Positions 40,973 to 51,728 of a stretch of 64,000 nucleotides of DNA are shown one piece after another; position 1 is the first letter of the stretch; every line of letters starts with the position of its first letter. Both the position numbers and the translations under genes were made by a program. The notes below the pieces were generated by a model. The model saw only the letters and a list, made by a program, of their open reading frames with translations. It did no database searches and was not told the DNA's origin. Source of the DNA: Candidatus Harrisonbacteria bacterium RIFCSPLOWO2_01_FULL_44_18 (GTDB taxonomy: Bacteria; Patescibacteriota; Minisyncoccia; UBA6257; WO2-44-18); the NCBI GenBank assembly GCA_001817915.1, contig MHJJ01000014.1, forward strand, positions 3,695 to 67,694. Direction: 5' to 3'.

Positions 40973-43489
40973 ATGGATAAATGGCTTAAATTATTATCTA
41001 TAGTTTTAATTATTGCCGTTTCGGTTTATTTGATTTCGGCTAAAACCGCGCAAGCGGCTTCTTTCCTGCAAATCATTGCCGGAGTATTCGCGGTTGTTTT
41101 TTCCGTGGCTCTTATCGCGCTTACCGGCGGCCTTGGGGCCGCGGCGGTATGCACTGTTACTTGTGGCGTTGTCGGAGGTTTCGCGTCCGGCGCGGTAGGC
41201 ACCGGCATTGTTGGCGCGGTTAACGCCGGCGCTATCGCTTGCGCCACCGGTTTGATTTGTTCAAGCGGAACAGCCGGGCCGGTCGCGGTTTATGCGCCGC
41301 AAACCGACGAAACCTGCGCTTATCAAGTTAATGTTGCTTTTTATAATACCGATCCTAAACTGCCGGATGATGAATCAGCTCAAGTGGCCATTTACCGTAT
41401 AGATGGGATAAGCACGGAAACATATATTCATGAGTATCATAAAGTTGCTTGGTTGTTAGGCGCTCCGGAAAAAACAGGACCGGGTTTATACAGCTATAGA
41501 TGGGGTGATGGATATTATTCTTACGCCGAATCCGGCCAACTTGGGCTTAATGCCGTAAGCGATTTTTACGGATCTCTTGGCAAAGACTATTACGATCATC
41601 CATGGACTTATAGTCCTTCAGCCAGCCCTCTGGCTATAGTCCCTTATAATAATATCTGTGACGATCAAGGAATGTGCCGATTTATAGACGCCAATCCTCC
41701 GTCCAATCAGTACGTGATTTATATGGCGAAATTGATGAGGAATTATACTCAAGGTGTCGTTAAGGAGTCGGGCGGATTAAAATTTTATAATCCGGATTCG
41801 TCTCTTGCAGATGCAATCGCGGCTGTGCCCGCTAACGCTCAACATAAGACCGCCACCTCTGAAGTTTTTTCCAAGCCGAGCGGTGTTGGAGGAGGGCCTG
41901 GATTTGGAGGAGCAGGGCAGCAGCCGATGCTTCTTTATAAACTATCAGACCCAGCCGGCAAAATAACAAGTAAATTCTTATCGGCAAAACCCGGGGAGCA
42001 AGCGACATTAACAACCGTAACTTATGACAGCGACGATCGTCCGACAAATGTAAATCTCGGCTCGGCGCTTTACTTTTTCGCGATTAAGGGGACGCCTGAT
42101 CCGACATTGTGCGCCATTACGATTACGGGGACGCCGCCTACGACGCCAACCTCCGCGCCGTTTTCCGTTGATTGTTCGGTTTCGCCTTCCAGCGCGGTTG
42201 TTAATCAAAATGTAAATTGGTCAGCTTCGGCTTCCGGAGGAAGCGCTCCTTATGCTTATTCATGGTCAGGCACGGATGGACTTTCCAGTAATTATTCTTC
42301 ATTTAATGTTTCTTATGCCGGTGAAGGCAGTAAAACCGCTTCCGTTACTGCTAATTCGTCAGATGGACAAACGGCGACAGCGAATTGCGGCAGTGTGGCG
42401 ATAGTCCCGGCGCTTTCGGCGAGTTGTTCGGTTTCTCCGACAACGGCAGTGGTTAATCAGTCGGTAACTTGGGACGCGACCGCGTCCGGCGGCGCCGGGT
42501 CTTATGTTTATAGTTGGTCAGGCACCGACGGATTAACCGGCAATAATTCTTTGGTTACGACATCGTATTCAACCTCCGGATTAAAAACCGGAAGCGTGAC
42601 CGTGGGTTCTGGCGGGCAAACCGTAACTGTTAATTGCGCCGGCGGGCCGGGAGGCGGAGTACAGGTGTTTCCGGCGCAGTTGATTGTGGCGCCGCCATCG
42701 GCCACTGTGGATATCAATGAAACGTTACAATTTAACGCGATATACGAACTGGGATCATTTGATTCTCAAGTGGTGACTGCGTCGGCGAATTGGTCTTCAG
42801 ATAATTCGGGCATCGCGGCAGTCAATAATTCCGGTCAAAGGGGCTTAGCTACTGGCGTTTCCGGCGGTTCGGCAAACATCACCGCGAATTATACCGACGC
42901 TTTTGGCAATACTTTTTCAGCCGCTTCCAACATTACCGTGCCTCCCGCGCCTACGGTCAACGTAACTCCGGTGCCTACGGGAGGAGGCGGAGCCGGCGGG
43001 GGAGCAGGCGAATATTGCGGTTCGGTAACGCTTTCTATTGATGTTTCAAATGCGGCTACTTATGACATTCTCCGAAACGGCGTACAAATCGCGTCTGATC
43101 TTTCTCCGTCGCAAACATCTTATACTGATACCAATGTCGCGTTGCACTCCAGTTATCAATATCAAGTCATTGCCGAAAGACCGACAGTTTCCACCGTTTC
43201 CGCGCCGGTTAACGTGTATACCAATTGCCTTCCTCAATGTAGTTTCAGCGCCCAGCCGGCCAGTATTGTAAAATTTGACGATACGGATCTTATTTGGGAT
43301 TGTCAGTACGCGAGCGCTTGTTCGATTTCGCCGACAGTAGGGCCGGTTTCTCCGACCAGCGGCACCAGTAAAGTTTTTCCGGAGAGCGCGATAACTTATA
43401 CGCTGTCCTGCAGCAATGCTGACGGCGCGCGAAATTGGCCAGCCACGGTTAATGTCACCGAACCGGCGATTATTGAAGTAATCCCATAG
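40973..43489 (+). CDS. large secreted Gly/Ala-rich protein with tandem Ig-like (PKD/Big_2-like) domains, candidate pilus-associated adhesin
   Basis: 838 aa. Signal peptide (AQA|AS), then a Gly/Ala/Cys-rich hydrophobic segment. Two about 90-aa repeats (CSVSP..AVVNQ.V.W.A.ASGG...Y.YSWSGTDGL), a Big_2-like module and Cys-containing C-terminal domains. Confidence 0.7.
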   Translation: MDKWLKLLSIVLIIAVSVYLISAKTAQAASFLQIIAGVFAVVFSVALIALTGGLGAAAVCTVTCGVVGGFASGAVGTGIVGAVNAGAIACATGLICSSGTAGPVAVYAPQTDETCAYQVNVAFYNTDPKLPDDESAQVAIYRIDGISTETYIHEYHKVAWLLGAPEKTGPGLYSYRWGDGYYSYAESGQLGLNAVSDFYGSLGKDYYDHPWTYSPSASPLAIVPYNNICDDQGMCRFIDANPPSNQYVIYMAKLMRNYTQGVVKESGGLKFYNPDSSLADAIAAVPANAQHKTATSEVFSKPSGVGGGPGFGGAGQQPMLLYKLSDPAGKITSKFLSAKPGEQATLTTVTYDSDDRPTNVNLGSALYFFAIKGTPDPTLCAITITGTPPTTPTSAPFSVDCSVSPSSAVVNQNVNWSASASGGSAPYAYSWSGTDGLSSNYSSFNVSYAGEGSKTASVTANSSDGQTATANCGSVAIVPALSASCSVSPTTAVVNQSVTWDATASGGAGSYVYSWSGTDGLTGNNSLVTTSYSTSGLKTGSVTVGSGGQTVTVNCAGGPGGGVQVFPAQLIVAPPSATVDINETLQFNAIYELGSFDSQVVTASANWSSDNSGIAAVNNSGQRGLATGVSGGSANITANYTDAFGNTFSAASNITVPPAPTVNVTPVPTGGGGAGGGAGEYCGSVTLSIDVSNAATYDILRNGVQIASDLSPSQTSYTDTNVALHSSYQYQVIAERPTVSTVSAPVNVYTNCLPQCSFSAQPASIVKFDDTDLIWDCQYASACSISPTVGPVSPTSGTSKVFPESAITYTLSCSNADGARNWPATVNVTEPAIIEVIP

Positions 43490-43543
43490 GCGGAAGCGCG
43501 CTATTCGGATGCATAAGGTCGAAAAAATGTTATAATTTTAATT

Positions 43544-43843
43544 ATGGAAGATAAATTTCAGCTTTATAGAAAATGGTTTTGGGTCGGGATTGCTGTCGGG
43601 GCCTTGAATATGCTGTTGGGGATAATATACGGGATAGCCGTTTGGACGGAGCCGCCCGGGCATCGCAAGGAAGGAGTAATAATTATTTTTTGGTCAGTTC
43701 TGGCGTTTCTATTCCTGTATTATGTTGTCGGTCCTTGGTTGGCTGAATTGGGAGTTTTGCCGAATTTAGTTCTTGTCCCGGAACAAGTCGGTCAGCAACC
43801 CGGAGTCGTGCCGACATTGCCTACTTTGCCAGCCGCGCAATAG
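43544..43843 (+). CDS. hypothetical small membrane protein (2 TM)
   Basis: 99-aa hydrophobic ORF. Confidence 0.4.
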   Translation: MEDKFQLYRKWFWVGIAVGALNMLLGIIYGIAVWTEPPGHRKEGVIIIFWSVLAFLFLYYVVGPWLAELGVLPNLVLVPEQVGQQPGVVPTLPTLPAAQ

Positions 43844-43847
43844 AGTT

Positions 43848-44225
43848 ATGAATAGGGGGCAAGTTATGTTAATGACGGTGCTGGTTTTGAGCGGCACTAT
43901 TTTAGTAGCCACCACAATCGCGGGGCTTCTAATGCTTTATCAAATCAGGCAATCGGTTAATGTCAGCCAATCGGCGCAGGCGATTTTTGCCGCCGATGCC
44001 GGTTTGGAATGGGAATTGTACCGACATTACAGGGATCCCGTCTATCAGAGGCCCAGCTTGACTAACGGAGCTGATTTTACAACGACTTTAATTCCTGACG
44101 GCATTCCTTCATTAGCCAATGTTTCGGTAAAATCTGTCGGAAAGGCGGGCGCGACTGGTCAAACAGCCAGAGCTTTTCAGCTTTTATTTTCGGCATTTCC
44201 GGCTACTACGCCGCCGACGCCTTAG
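43848..44225 (+). CDS. pilin-like/PilX-like hypothetical protein
   Basis: MNRGQVMLMTVLVLSGTILVATTIAG is a pilin-type N-terminal helix, but it lacks Glu at +5. The start was chosen to avoid overlap with the upstream ORF. Confidence 0.45.
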   Translation: MNRGQVMLMTVLVLSGTILVATTIAGLLMLYQIRQSVNVSQSAQAIFAADAGLEWELYRHYRDPVYQRPSLTNGADFTTTLIPDGIPSLANVSVKSVGKAGATGQTARAFQLLFSAFPATTPPTP

Positions 44226-44261
44226 TCGCCGAGCTATCGCATTATCTAGATTCATAATTTT

Positions 44262-44440
44262 CCGTTCTCACCAGATATTTTTCTCTTGCCCTCGCGACCT
44301 GCTTCGCGCGTTTAACGCCGCTATTTCCGGCCCTCCCGACGCGTATCGGGAGAAGGACGTTTCGCTCCCGAAAATAGCGGCTACGCGCTCGCGGTATCCC
44401 GCTCGGGTCGCGTTCAGAAAATCTGGTGGGAACTAACCAC
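44262..44440. ncRNA. candidate structured RNA (rod-like nested helices, GC-rich)
   Basis: Perfectly nested complementary arms: caccagatattttctc/gaaaatctggtg, cgcgacc/ggtcgcg, gccgctattt/aaatagcggc, ctcccg/cgggag and ggag...ctcc. Strand not determined. Confidence 0.35.
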
Positions 44441-44467
44441 TCCACGTTTTATCCATAAACCTGCTAA

Positions 44468-46531
<2,064 letters not shown>

Positions 46532-46581
46532 TTACAACCGGGTATATTTATTTAGTTCATTGAAATCTTTTAGGAGCTACC

Positions 46582-46932
46582 GTGCGCATTGTAGGTCTAG
46601 GCAGACGGGCTTTGTTTCTTATCCCTTCAGTAAAAGTTTATAATCCGAAACATTCTAAGACTCGTCAAAGTATTGCCAAGACAATTCATAATTTCTTATT
46701 GGCGACATTCGGGGGTTATACTTGCGCCTCCGGAAATATTTACGGCTATTATAGTTCAGAGGCCGCGGAGTATGACGAATTGCGGGAGTTTCGAGTAGGA
46801 TTTAAAGAAGACGAAAAGAAAACAAAAGTTCCGCTTCTTCAAGAGTTTCTTGCAAAAATTTGTGAAGATATTGGCGAAGAGTGTATTTATTTGGAGTGCG
46901 GCGAAGACGCGATGTTGGTTTATCCGAGGTGA
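46582..46932 (+). CDS. hypothetical protein
   Basis: 116 aa; GTG start 4 nt after AGGAG. No motif recognised. Confidence 0.45.
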   Translation: MRIVGLGRRALFLIPSVKVYNPKHSKTRQSIAKTIHNFLLATFGGYTCASGNIYGYYSSEAAEYDELREFRVGFKEDEKKTKVPLLQEFLAKICEDIGEECIYLECGEDAMLVYPR

Positions 46933-46934
46933 CT

Positions 46935-47378
46935 ATGGCTTTCTTGATTCAGTTTCAGCGTCGGGCGATTGAAAGCTTGAAATCGCATCTTTTTCGGCCG
47001 CGGCACGCGATTGAAGATATTCATCACTTGCGGTCAGTTATTTCGGGCAATTTCACCTGTGACGGAGTATCGCTTGACATACTGGGCGTGAGCAAGGGAG
47101 TCGGTACCTGCTCGGATATTCACGGAATGGATGTTTTGGTTTTGGGATGGAGTAAAAGTCATAGATGCCGCGCGGCCAACGAGATATCGCTTGAGAAGAT
47201 CAAGCGTTGCGCTTACGCGGTTCTATTGCGCCAAGCAACCGAAGAGGAAGCGAAAAGCCAGCATTTTGCTCCCGATGTCGCTGTTTTATGCGTTGAATTA
47301 TTGAGAATAACAGATATCGCGTCCGACTATACCAATTTTCAATCAACCGGCCTTTACGCTTGCTATGCCGCGATATAG
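46935..47378 (+). CDS. hypothetical protein
   Basis: 147 aa. Start set at the ATG 2 nt after the upstream stop (GTGACTATGG). Tightly coupled to the 46582 gene. Confidence 0.45.
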   Translation: MAFLIQFQRRAIESLKSHLFRPRHAIEDIHHLRSVISGNFTCDGVSLDILGVSKGVGTCSDIHGMDVLVLGWSKSHRCRAANEISLEKIKRCAYAVLLRQATEEEAKSQHFAPDVAVLCVELLRITDIASDYTNFQSTGLYACYAAI

Positions 47379-47386
47379 TTTTTGCT

Positions 47387-47447
47387 AAACCCCCACACCA
47401 AATGAGTTTCAAGATTCTATAAAAACTCGTTATGGTGTGGGGGTAAA
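47387..47447. mobile_element. palindromic miniature element (CCCCACACCAAA family), copy 3, intergenic
   Basis: aaacccccacaccaaatgag...ctcgttatggtgtgggggtaaa, followed by a terminator-like hairpin cccgccttcgagcggg. Confidence 0.7.
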
Positions 47448-47509
47448 CCCGCCTTCGAGCGGGTTTTATTATTATTGACTAGTATCGCGGCTGGGAGTAT
47501 TTTTAAGAC

Positions 47510-48664
47510 ATGTTTATCACTTCGGAATCAGTTACCGAAGGCCATCCCGACAAGATGGCCGATCAGATTTCCGATGCCATTTTAGACGAAGTTTTAAGGC
47601 GCGACCCTTATGGCCGCGTGGCTGTTGAAACTCTTCTTACTAAAAATTTAGCGGTTATTGCCGGCGAGGTGACCACGCGCCATCGTTTTGACGCTGAAAA
47701 AATCGCGCGCAAAGTTATCAAAGAAATTGGCTATATCGATTCTGCCTATGGTTTTGATTCCAAGACTTCAAAAGTCCAAGTATTTTTAAATCAGCAATCG
47801 CCGGATATTGCTCAAGGAGTAAGTCAATATCGCGAGGAAAAACCGGAAAGCGTGGGCGCCGGCGATCAGGGCATTATGTATGGCTATGCCACGAATGAGA
47901 CGCCGGCTCTAATGCCGCTGCCGATTTTTTTAGCCCATAATTTAACTCGCCGTTTAGCCGAGGTTAGAAAAAAGGGAATTTTGAAATATTTAAGGCCAGA
48001 TGGTAAGGCGCAGGTAACAATTGAATATCAAAACGGCCGGCCCCGGCGAGCGCATACGATCTTGATCTCAACTCAGCACGCGCCGGAAGTGAAGCACGAG
48101 CAGATTAAAAAAGATGTTATCAATAAAGTAGTGGGCGCGGTTTTGTCAAAGAAATTAGTTGATAAAAATACGCGATTTTTGGTTAATCCGACCGGCCGTT
48201 TCGTAATCGGCGGGCCGGAAGGGGACACCGGTCTTACGGGGCGAAAAATAATCGTTGATACTTATGGTGGAGTTGCTTCTCATGGCGGCGGCGCTTTTTC
48301 CGGCAAGGATCCGACAAAAGTTGATCGCTCCGCCGCTTACGCCGCGCGATGGGTGGCTAAAAATATCATTGCCGCCGGTTTAGCCGATAAAGTCCAAACG
48401 CAAGTGGCTTATGCCATTGGCATTCCAGAGCCGTTGGCGGTGAATATTGATACTTTTGGCACGGGTAAAATACCAGACGAGAAATTGTCCGGAGTTGTCG
48501 CCGAAGTTTTTGATTTGCGCCCCGGAATGATTATTAAAAACCTGCGGCTCCGCCGGCCAATTTATCGCCAAGTGGCCGCTTATGGACATTTTGGAAGAAT
48601 TGATCTTGATTTACCCTGGGAAAAAACCGATAAAGTAGGGGAGCTGAAAAGACGGTTAAAGTAG
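47510..48664 (+). CDS. metK: S-adenosylmethionine synthetase
   Basis: [20 protein letters not shown] and [22 protein letters not shown] motifs. Confidence 0.9.
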   Translation: MFITSESVTEGHPDKMADQISDAILDEVLRRDPYGRVAVETLLTKNLAVIAGEVTTRHRFDAEKIARKVIKEIGYIDSAYGFDSKTSKVQVFLNQQSPDIAQGVSQYREEKPESVGAGDQGIMYGYATNETPALMPLPIFLAHNLTRRLAEVRKKGILKYLRPDGKAQVTIEYQNGRPRRAHTILISTQHAPEVKHEQIKKDVINKVVGAVLSKKLVDKNTRFLVNPTGRFVIGGPEGDTGLTGRKIIVDTYGGVASHGGGAFSGKDPTKVDRSAAYAARWVAKNIIAAGLADKVQTQVAYAIGIPEPLAVNIDTFGTGKIPDEKLSGVVAEVFDLRPGMIIKNLRLRRPIYRQVAAYGHFGRIDLDLPWEKTDKVGELKRRLK

Positions 48665-48681
48665 CGTCAATCCCGCGCCTA

Positions 48682-48752
48682 GGAGAGCAGGATTCGAACT
48701 AGCGTCAAATTTAGAAGAGAGAATTTGAGCCAAGTTCGAATCCTGCTCTCCT
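48682..48752. mobile_element. short copy of the tRNA-end-like MITE (GGAGAGCAGGATTCGAAC TIRs)
   Basis: ggagagcaggattcgaactagcgtcaaatttagaagagagaatttgagccaagttcgaatcctgctctcc. Confidence 0.6.
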
Positions 48753-48756
48753 ATTA

Positions 48757-48786
48757 TCCGCCTAAATGGCGGATTTTTGTTTTTGA
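48757..48786 (+). terminator. rho-independent terminator after metK
   Basis: ccgcctaaatggcgg hairpin followed by ATTTTTGTTTTT. Confidence 0.55.
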
Positions 48787-48810
48787 ATAAACAAGTTATA
48801 ATTAAACTTA

Positions 48811-49110
48811 ATGGCTGAAATTAACAAAAAATCCTTGGAGCATTTGGCCGATTTGGCGCGGTTGGAGCTTTCCGGAAAAGAAAGCGAGAGTTTTTTAGTT
48901 GATCTGCAAAAAATTCTTGATCATTTTAATGAATTGCAAGAACTAAACACCGAAGAGGTTCAGCCGATGACTGGAGGGACAATGTCTAAAAATGTTATGC
49001 GCGAAGACGAAATTTTTAAAGAAGACCATTACACTGATGCCGGAAAGTTGGCCGAGCAATTTCCTGAACGCCAAGACGGGTTTTTGAAAATACCCCCGGT
49101 GTTTGAATAA
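48811..49110 (+). CDS. gatC: Asp-tRNA(Asn)/Glu-tRNA(Gln) amidotransferase subunit C
   Basis: 99 aa; LEHLADLARLELS...LQKILDHFNELQELNTEEVQPM is typical of GatC. Confidence 0.8.
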   Translation: MAEINKKSLEHLADLARLELSGKESESFLVDLQKILDHFNELQELNTEEVQPMTGGTMSKNVMREDEIFKEDHYTDAGKLAEQFPERQDGFLKIPPVFE

Positions 49111-49190
49111 ACTCCACCAATATGACTAATCAAGCACCAATATGCCAATATGCGAATTCGTATATTCGCGCTATATTCGTATATTAGTGA
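49111..49190. repeat. about 80-bp leader repeat (ACTCCACCAATAT...TCGTATATTCGCGCTATATTCG), copy 1 upstream of gatA
   Basis: About 85 % identical to 63821-63890, upstream of nusG. Both end a few nt before the start codon. Confidence 0.8.
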
Positions 49191-49196
49191 AGTTTT

Positions 49197-50672
49197 ATGC
49201 ACTTACACGATTTAACAATCAAAAAGTTCCACGAAGGTTTACTAAAAAAAGATTTTTCCGCGCTGGAAATAACGAAGGAATTTTTTGATTACATTGAAGT
49301 TAAGGATAAAGAAATTGGGGCTTATCTTTCCTTGGCCAAAGACGAAGCATTTTTGCGGGCCGAAAAAGCAGATTTAAAAATTGCCAAAGACGAACCGATG
49401 GACGCGCTGAGCGGGGTGCCGCTCGCGATCAAAGACAATATTTTGATTGATGGCCAGCCGGCTACTGCCGCATCTAAAATTTTGGAAAATTATAAGGCGG
49501 TTTATGACGCAACGGTAATTAAGAAATTAAAAGCCGTTGGAGCGGTTTTCCTTGGCAAAACTAATATGGACGAGTTTGCCATGGGTTCTTCGACAGAAAA
49601 TTCCGGATTTAAATTAACTAAGAATCCTTATGATTTGGAACGAGTTCCGGGAGGGTCTTCCGGCGGTTCGGCAGCCGCGGTTGCCGCCCATATGGCAGTG
49701 GCCGCCTTTGGTTCTGATACCGGCGGTTCAATTCGACAGCCAGCCAGTTTCTGCGGTGTTGTCGGATTAAAGCCGACTTATGGAGCGGTTTCTCGACATG
49801 GATTGATCGCGATGGCTTCAAGCTTGGATCAGATCGGCCCTTTTACGAAAACCGTTGAAGACGCGGCGATTTTATTTAAAACTATTGCCGGAAAAGATCA
49901 GTTTGATTCTACCAGCGTTGAAACAAATTATAATGATGAATTATTAAATCCAAAGCTTGAAGATGTTAAAAAACTGACCGTCGGTCTGCCGGAAGAATAT
50001 TTTATAAGCGGCGTTGAGCCAGGCGTCATTAAAGCAGTTGAATCGGCAATCAATCAATTCAAAAGTTTGGGGATTAATTTTAAAAAAATCAGTTTGCCGC
50101 ACACCAAATACGCCTTATCTTGCTACTATATCATTATGCCCGCGGAAGTTAGCGCCAATTTAGCTCGTTTTGATGGTATAAGATATTCCAAAATCCAAAA
50201 TCCAAAATCCAAAATCCAAAACTTGCTGGAATTGTATAAAAGACAGCGCAGCGAAGGATTCGGGCCGGAAGTGAAGCGAAGAATTATTCTGGGAACTTTT
50301 GTTTTATCATCCGGATATTACGATGCTTACTATGCCAAAGCGCAGAAGGCGCGCGCGCTGATCAAAAAAGATTTTGATGAAGCATTCAAAGAAGTAGATG
50401 TTATTCTTACTCCGGTCGCGCCAACGCCGGCATTCAAATTCGGAGAAAAAACCAGCGACCCATTGGCGATGTACCTTTCTGACATATTTACCATTCCAGT
50501 CAATCTTGCTGGCTTACCCGCTATTTCGATACCAGTGAAACAAGCGACAAGCGACATGTCGCGCGTCACAAGTCATAAGCCACTGCCTATCGGTTTTCAA
50601 TTGATTGGCAAACATTGGCGAGAGGCCGATATTTTGGGGATGGGGATGTTTTATGAAAGATTACAAATTTAA
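49197..50672 (+). CDS. gatA: Glu-tRNA(Gln)/Asp-tRNA(Asn) amidotransferase subunit A
   Basis: Amidase signature GGSSGGSAAAVAA, Ser-cisSer-Lys triad context. In-frame TCCAAAA tandem repeat at 50187-50221. Confidence 0.9.
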   Translation: MHLHDLTIKKFHEGLLKKDFSALEITKEFFDYIEVKDKEIGAYLSLAKDEAFLRAEKADLKIAKDEPMDALSGVPLAIKDNILIDGQPATAASKILENYKAVYDATVIKKLKAVGAVFLGKTNMDEFAMGSSTENSGFKLTKNPYDLERVPGGSSGGSAAAVAAHMAVAAFGSDTGGSIRQPASFCGVVGLKPTYGAVSRHGLIAMASSLDQIGPFTKTVEDAAILFKTIAGKDQFDSTSVETNYNDELLNPKLEDVKKLTVGLPEEYFISGVEPGVIKAVESAINQFKSLGINFKKISLPHTKYALSCYYIIMPAEVSANLARFDGIRYSKIQNPKSKIQNLLELYKRQRSEGFGPEVKRRIILGTFVLSSGYYDAYYAKAQKARALIKKDFDEAFKEVDVILTPVAPTPAFKFGEKTSDPLAMYLSDIFTIPVNLAGLPAISIPVKQATSDMSRVTSHKPLPIGFQLIGKHWREADILGMGMFYERLQI

Positions 50673-50688
50673 TTAAATTTGTAAAAAT

Positions 50689-51219
50689 ATGACAAACAAA
50701 GTTATTCAATTTTCAATTCAAGCCAGCGGGATTATTGGGAATTTTTTAGATGAAAATCTTCTCTGGCTGCGGATCGTTTCGTTTATTATTTCCGGCCTGC
50801 TTTTGTGGGGAATTATTTATTGTATTTTAGGCAGCAGTTATCTTAAAACTAAAACCGATCAGTGGATGGATTTTTTGGGAGTGGGAGACGTAGGCCGCCG
50901 CAGGCAGTTGCGCGGATGGAGACAAATTAAAAAGCGATTGAAAACCGACGAAATGACAAATTGGAAATTAGCGATAGCAGAAGCGGATAAAATTCTAGAC
51001 GAGATTTTTAAAATGAGCGGTCTGCGCGGGGAAACGACGGAAGATCGTTTTAAGCAAGTCGCGCCAACCCAACTTTCTAACATTGAAGAGATTATGCAAG
51101 CTCATAAATTGCGCGATCGGGTTATGCGCGAGCCGGATTTTGTTATTAGTCAGGAGGAAGCTGGAGCCGCCATTGCTATTTATCAAAAAGCTTTCAAGAA
51201 ACTTGGTTTGCTTGACTAA
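50689..51219 (+). CDS. hypothetical membrane protein
   Basis: 176 aa, one hydrophobic segment, no motif. Sits where gatB would be expected. Confidence 0.5.
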   Translation: MTNKVIQFSIQASGIIGNFLDENLLWLRIVSFIISGLLLWGIIYCILGSSYLKTKTDQWMDFLGVGDVGRRRQLRGWRQIKKRLKTDEMTNWKLAIAEADKILDEIFKMSGLRGETTEDRFKQVAPTQLSNIEEIMQAHKLRDRVMREPDFVISQEEAGAAIAIYQKAFKKLGLLD

Positions 51220-51296
51220 TATATAATAATTCCGCTAAAATTTCTAAAGTTCCTTAGTTCCTTGCGTCAAAGATTTATATAAAGGGAGGTGGCAGG

Positions 51297-51557
51297 ATGG
51301 CCGAGGACAGACCAGTGAATGTTGGTGTTACTATTATGGTTTTTTGTCAATTTAAGGGAAAACTTGCTCGCGCCTTTGTGTCCGAGGAAACGCATACGAG
51401 ATTAAGAAAGATAATTAATTATGGCCGGTTTGACGGCCGGAAAGAATGGAGTTTGGTAGGGATTTTGCGAAGGGCATTTACGTTATATGGCATTTCTGAA
51501 AACGCGATCAAAAAATATCTTGATGAGCTTGAAAGGAAGATAAGAGACGATAAATGA
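51297..51557 (+). CDS. hypothetical small protein
   Basis: 86 aa; strong SD (AGGGAGGTGG). A terminator (caccctaacgggtg + T-run) follows at 51589-51612. Confidence 0.5.
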   Translation: MAEDRPVNVGVTIMVFCQFKGKLARAFVSEETHTRLRKIINYGRFDGRKEWSLVGILRRAFTLYGISENAIKKYLDELERKIRDDK

Positions 51558-51623
51558 GCGATGAACAGGGCCCAGCCGTAATTTCAAAACACCCTAACGG
51601 GTGCTTTTTGTTTCAGCAGTCTG

Positions 51624-51698
51624 CGCGGGCGGCCGGATTTGAACCGGTGACCTTCCGCGTGACAGGCGGACGCTCTAACCAGACTGAGCTACGCCCGC
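51624..51698 (-). tRNA. tRNA-Asp (anticodon GUC)
   Basis: GCGGGCG TA GCTC AGTCTGGTTA GAGC G TCCGC CTGTCAC GCGGA AGGTC ACCGG TTCAAAT CCGGC CGCCCGC G. The flanks extend the acceptor helix by 4 bp (CTGC/GCAG). Confidence 0.85.
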
Positions 51699-51728
51699 GC
51701 AGATTGCTGGAATACCTTTGTTAATATA

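Noticed and set aside
44242-44445. 67-aa Arg-rich minus-strand ORF
   Set aside because: It coincides with the nested-helix GC-rich element, which is more parsimoniously a structured RNA.
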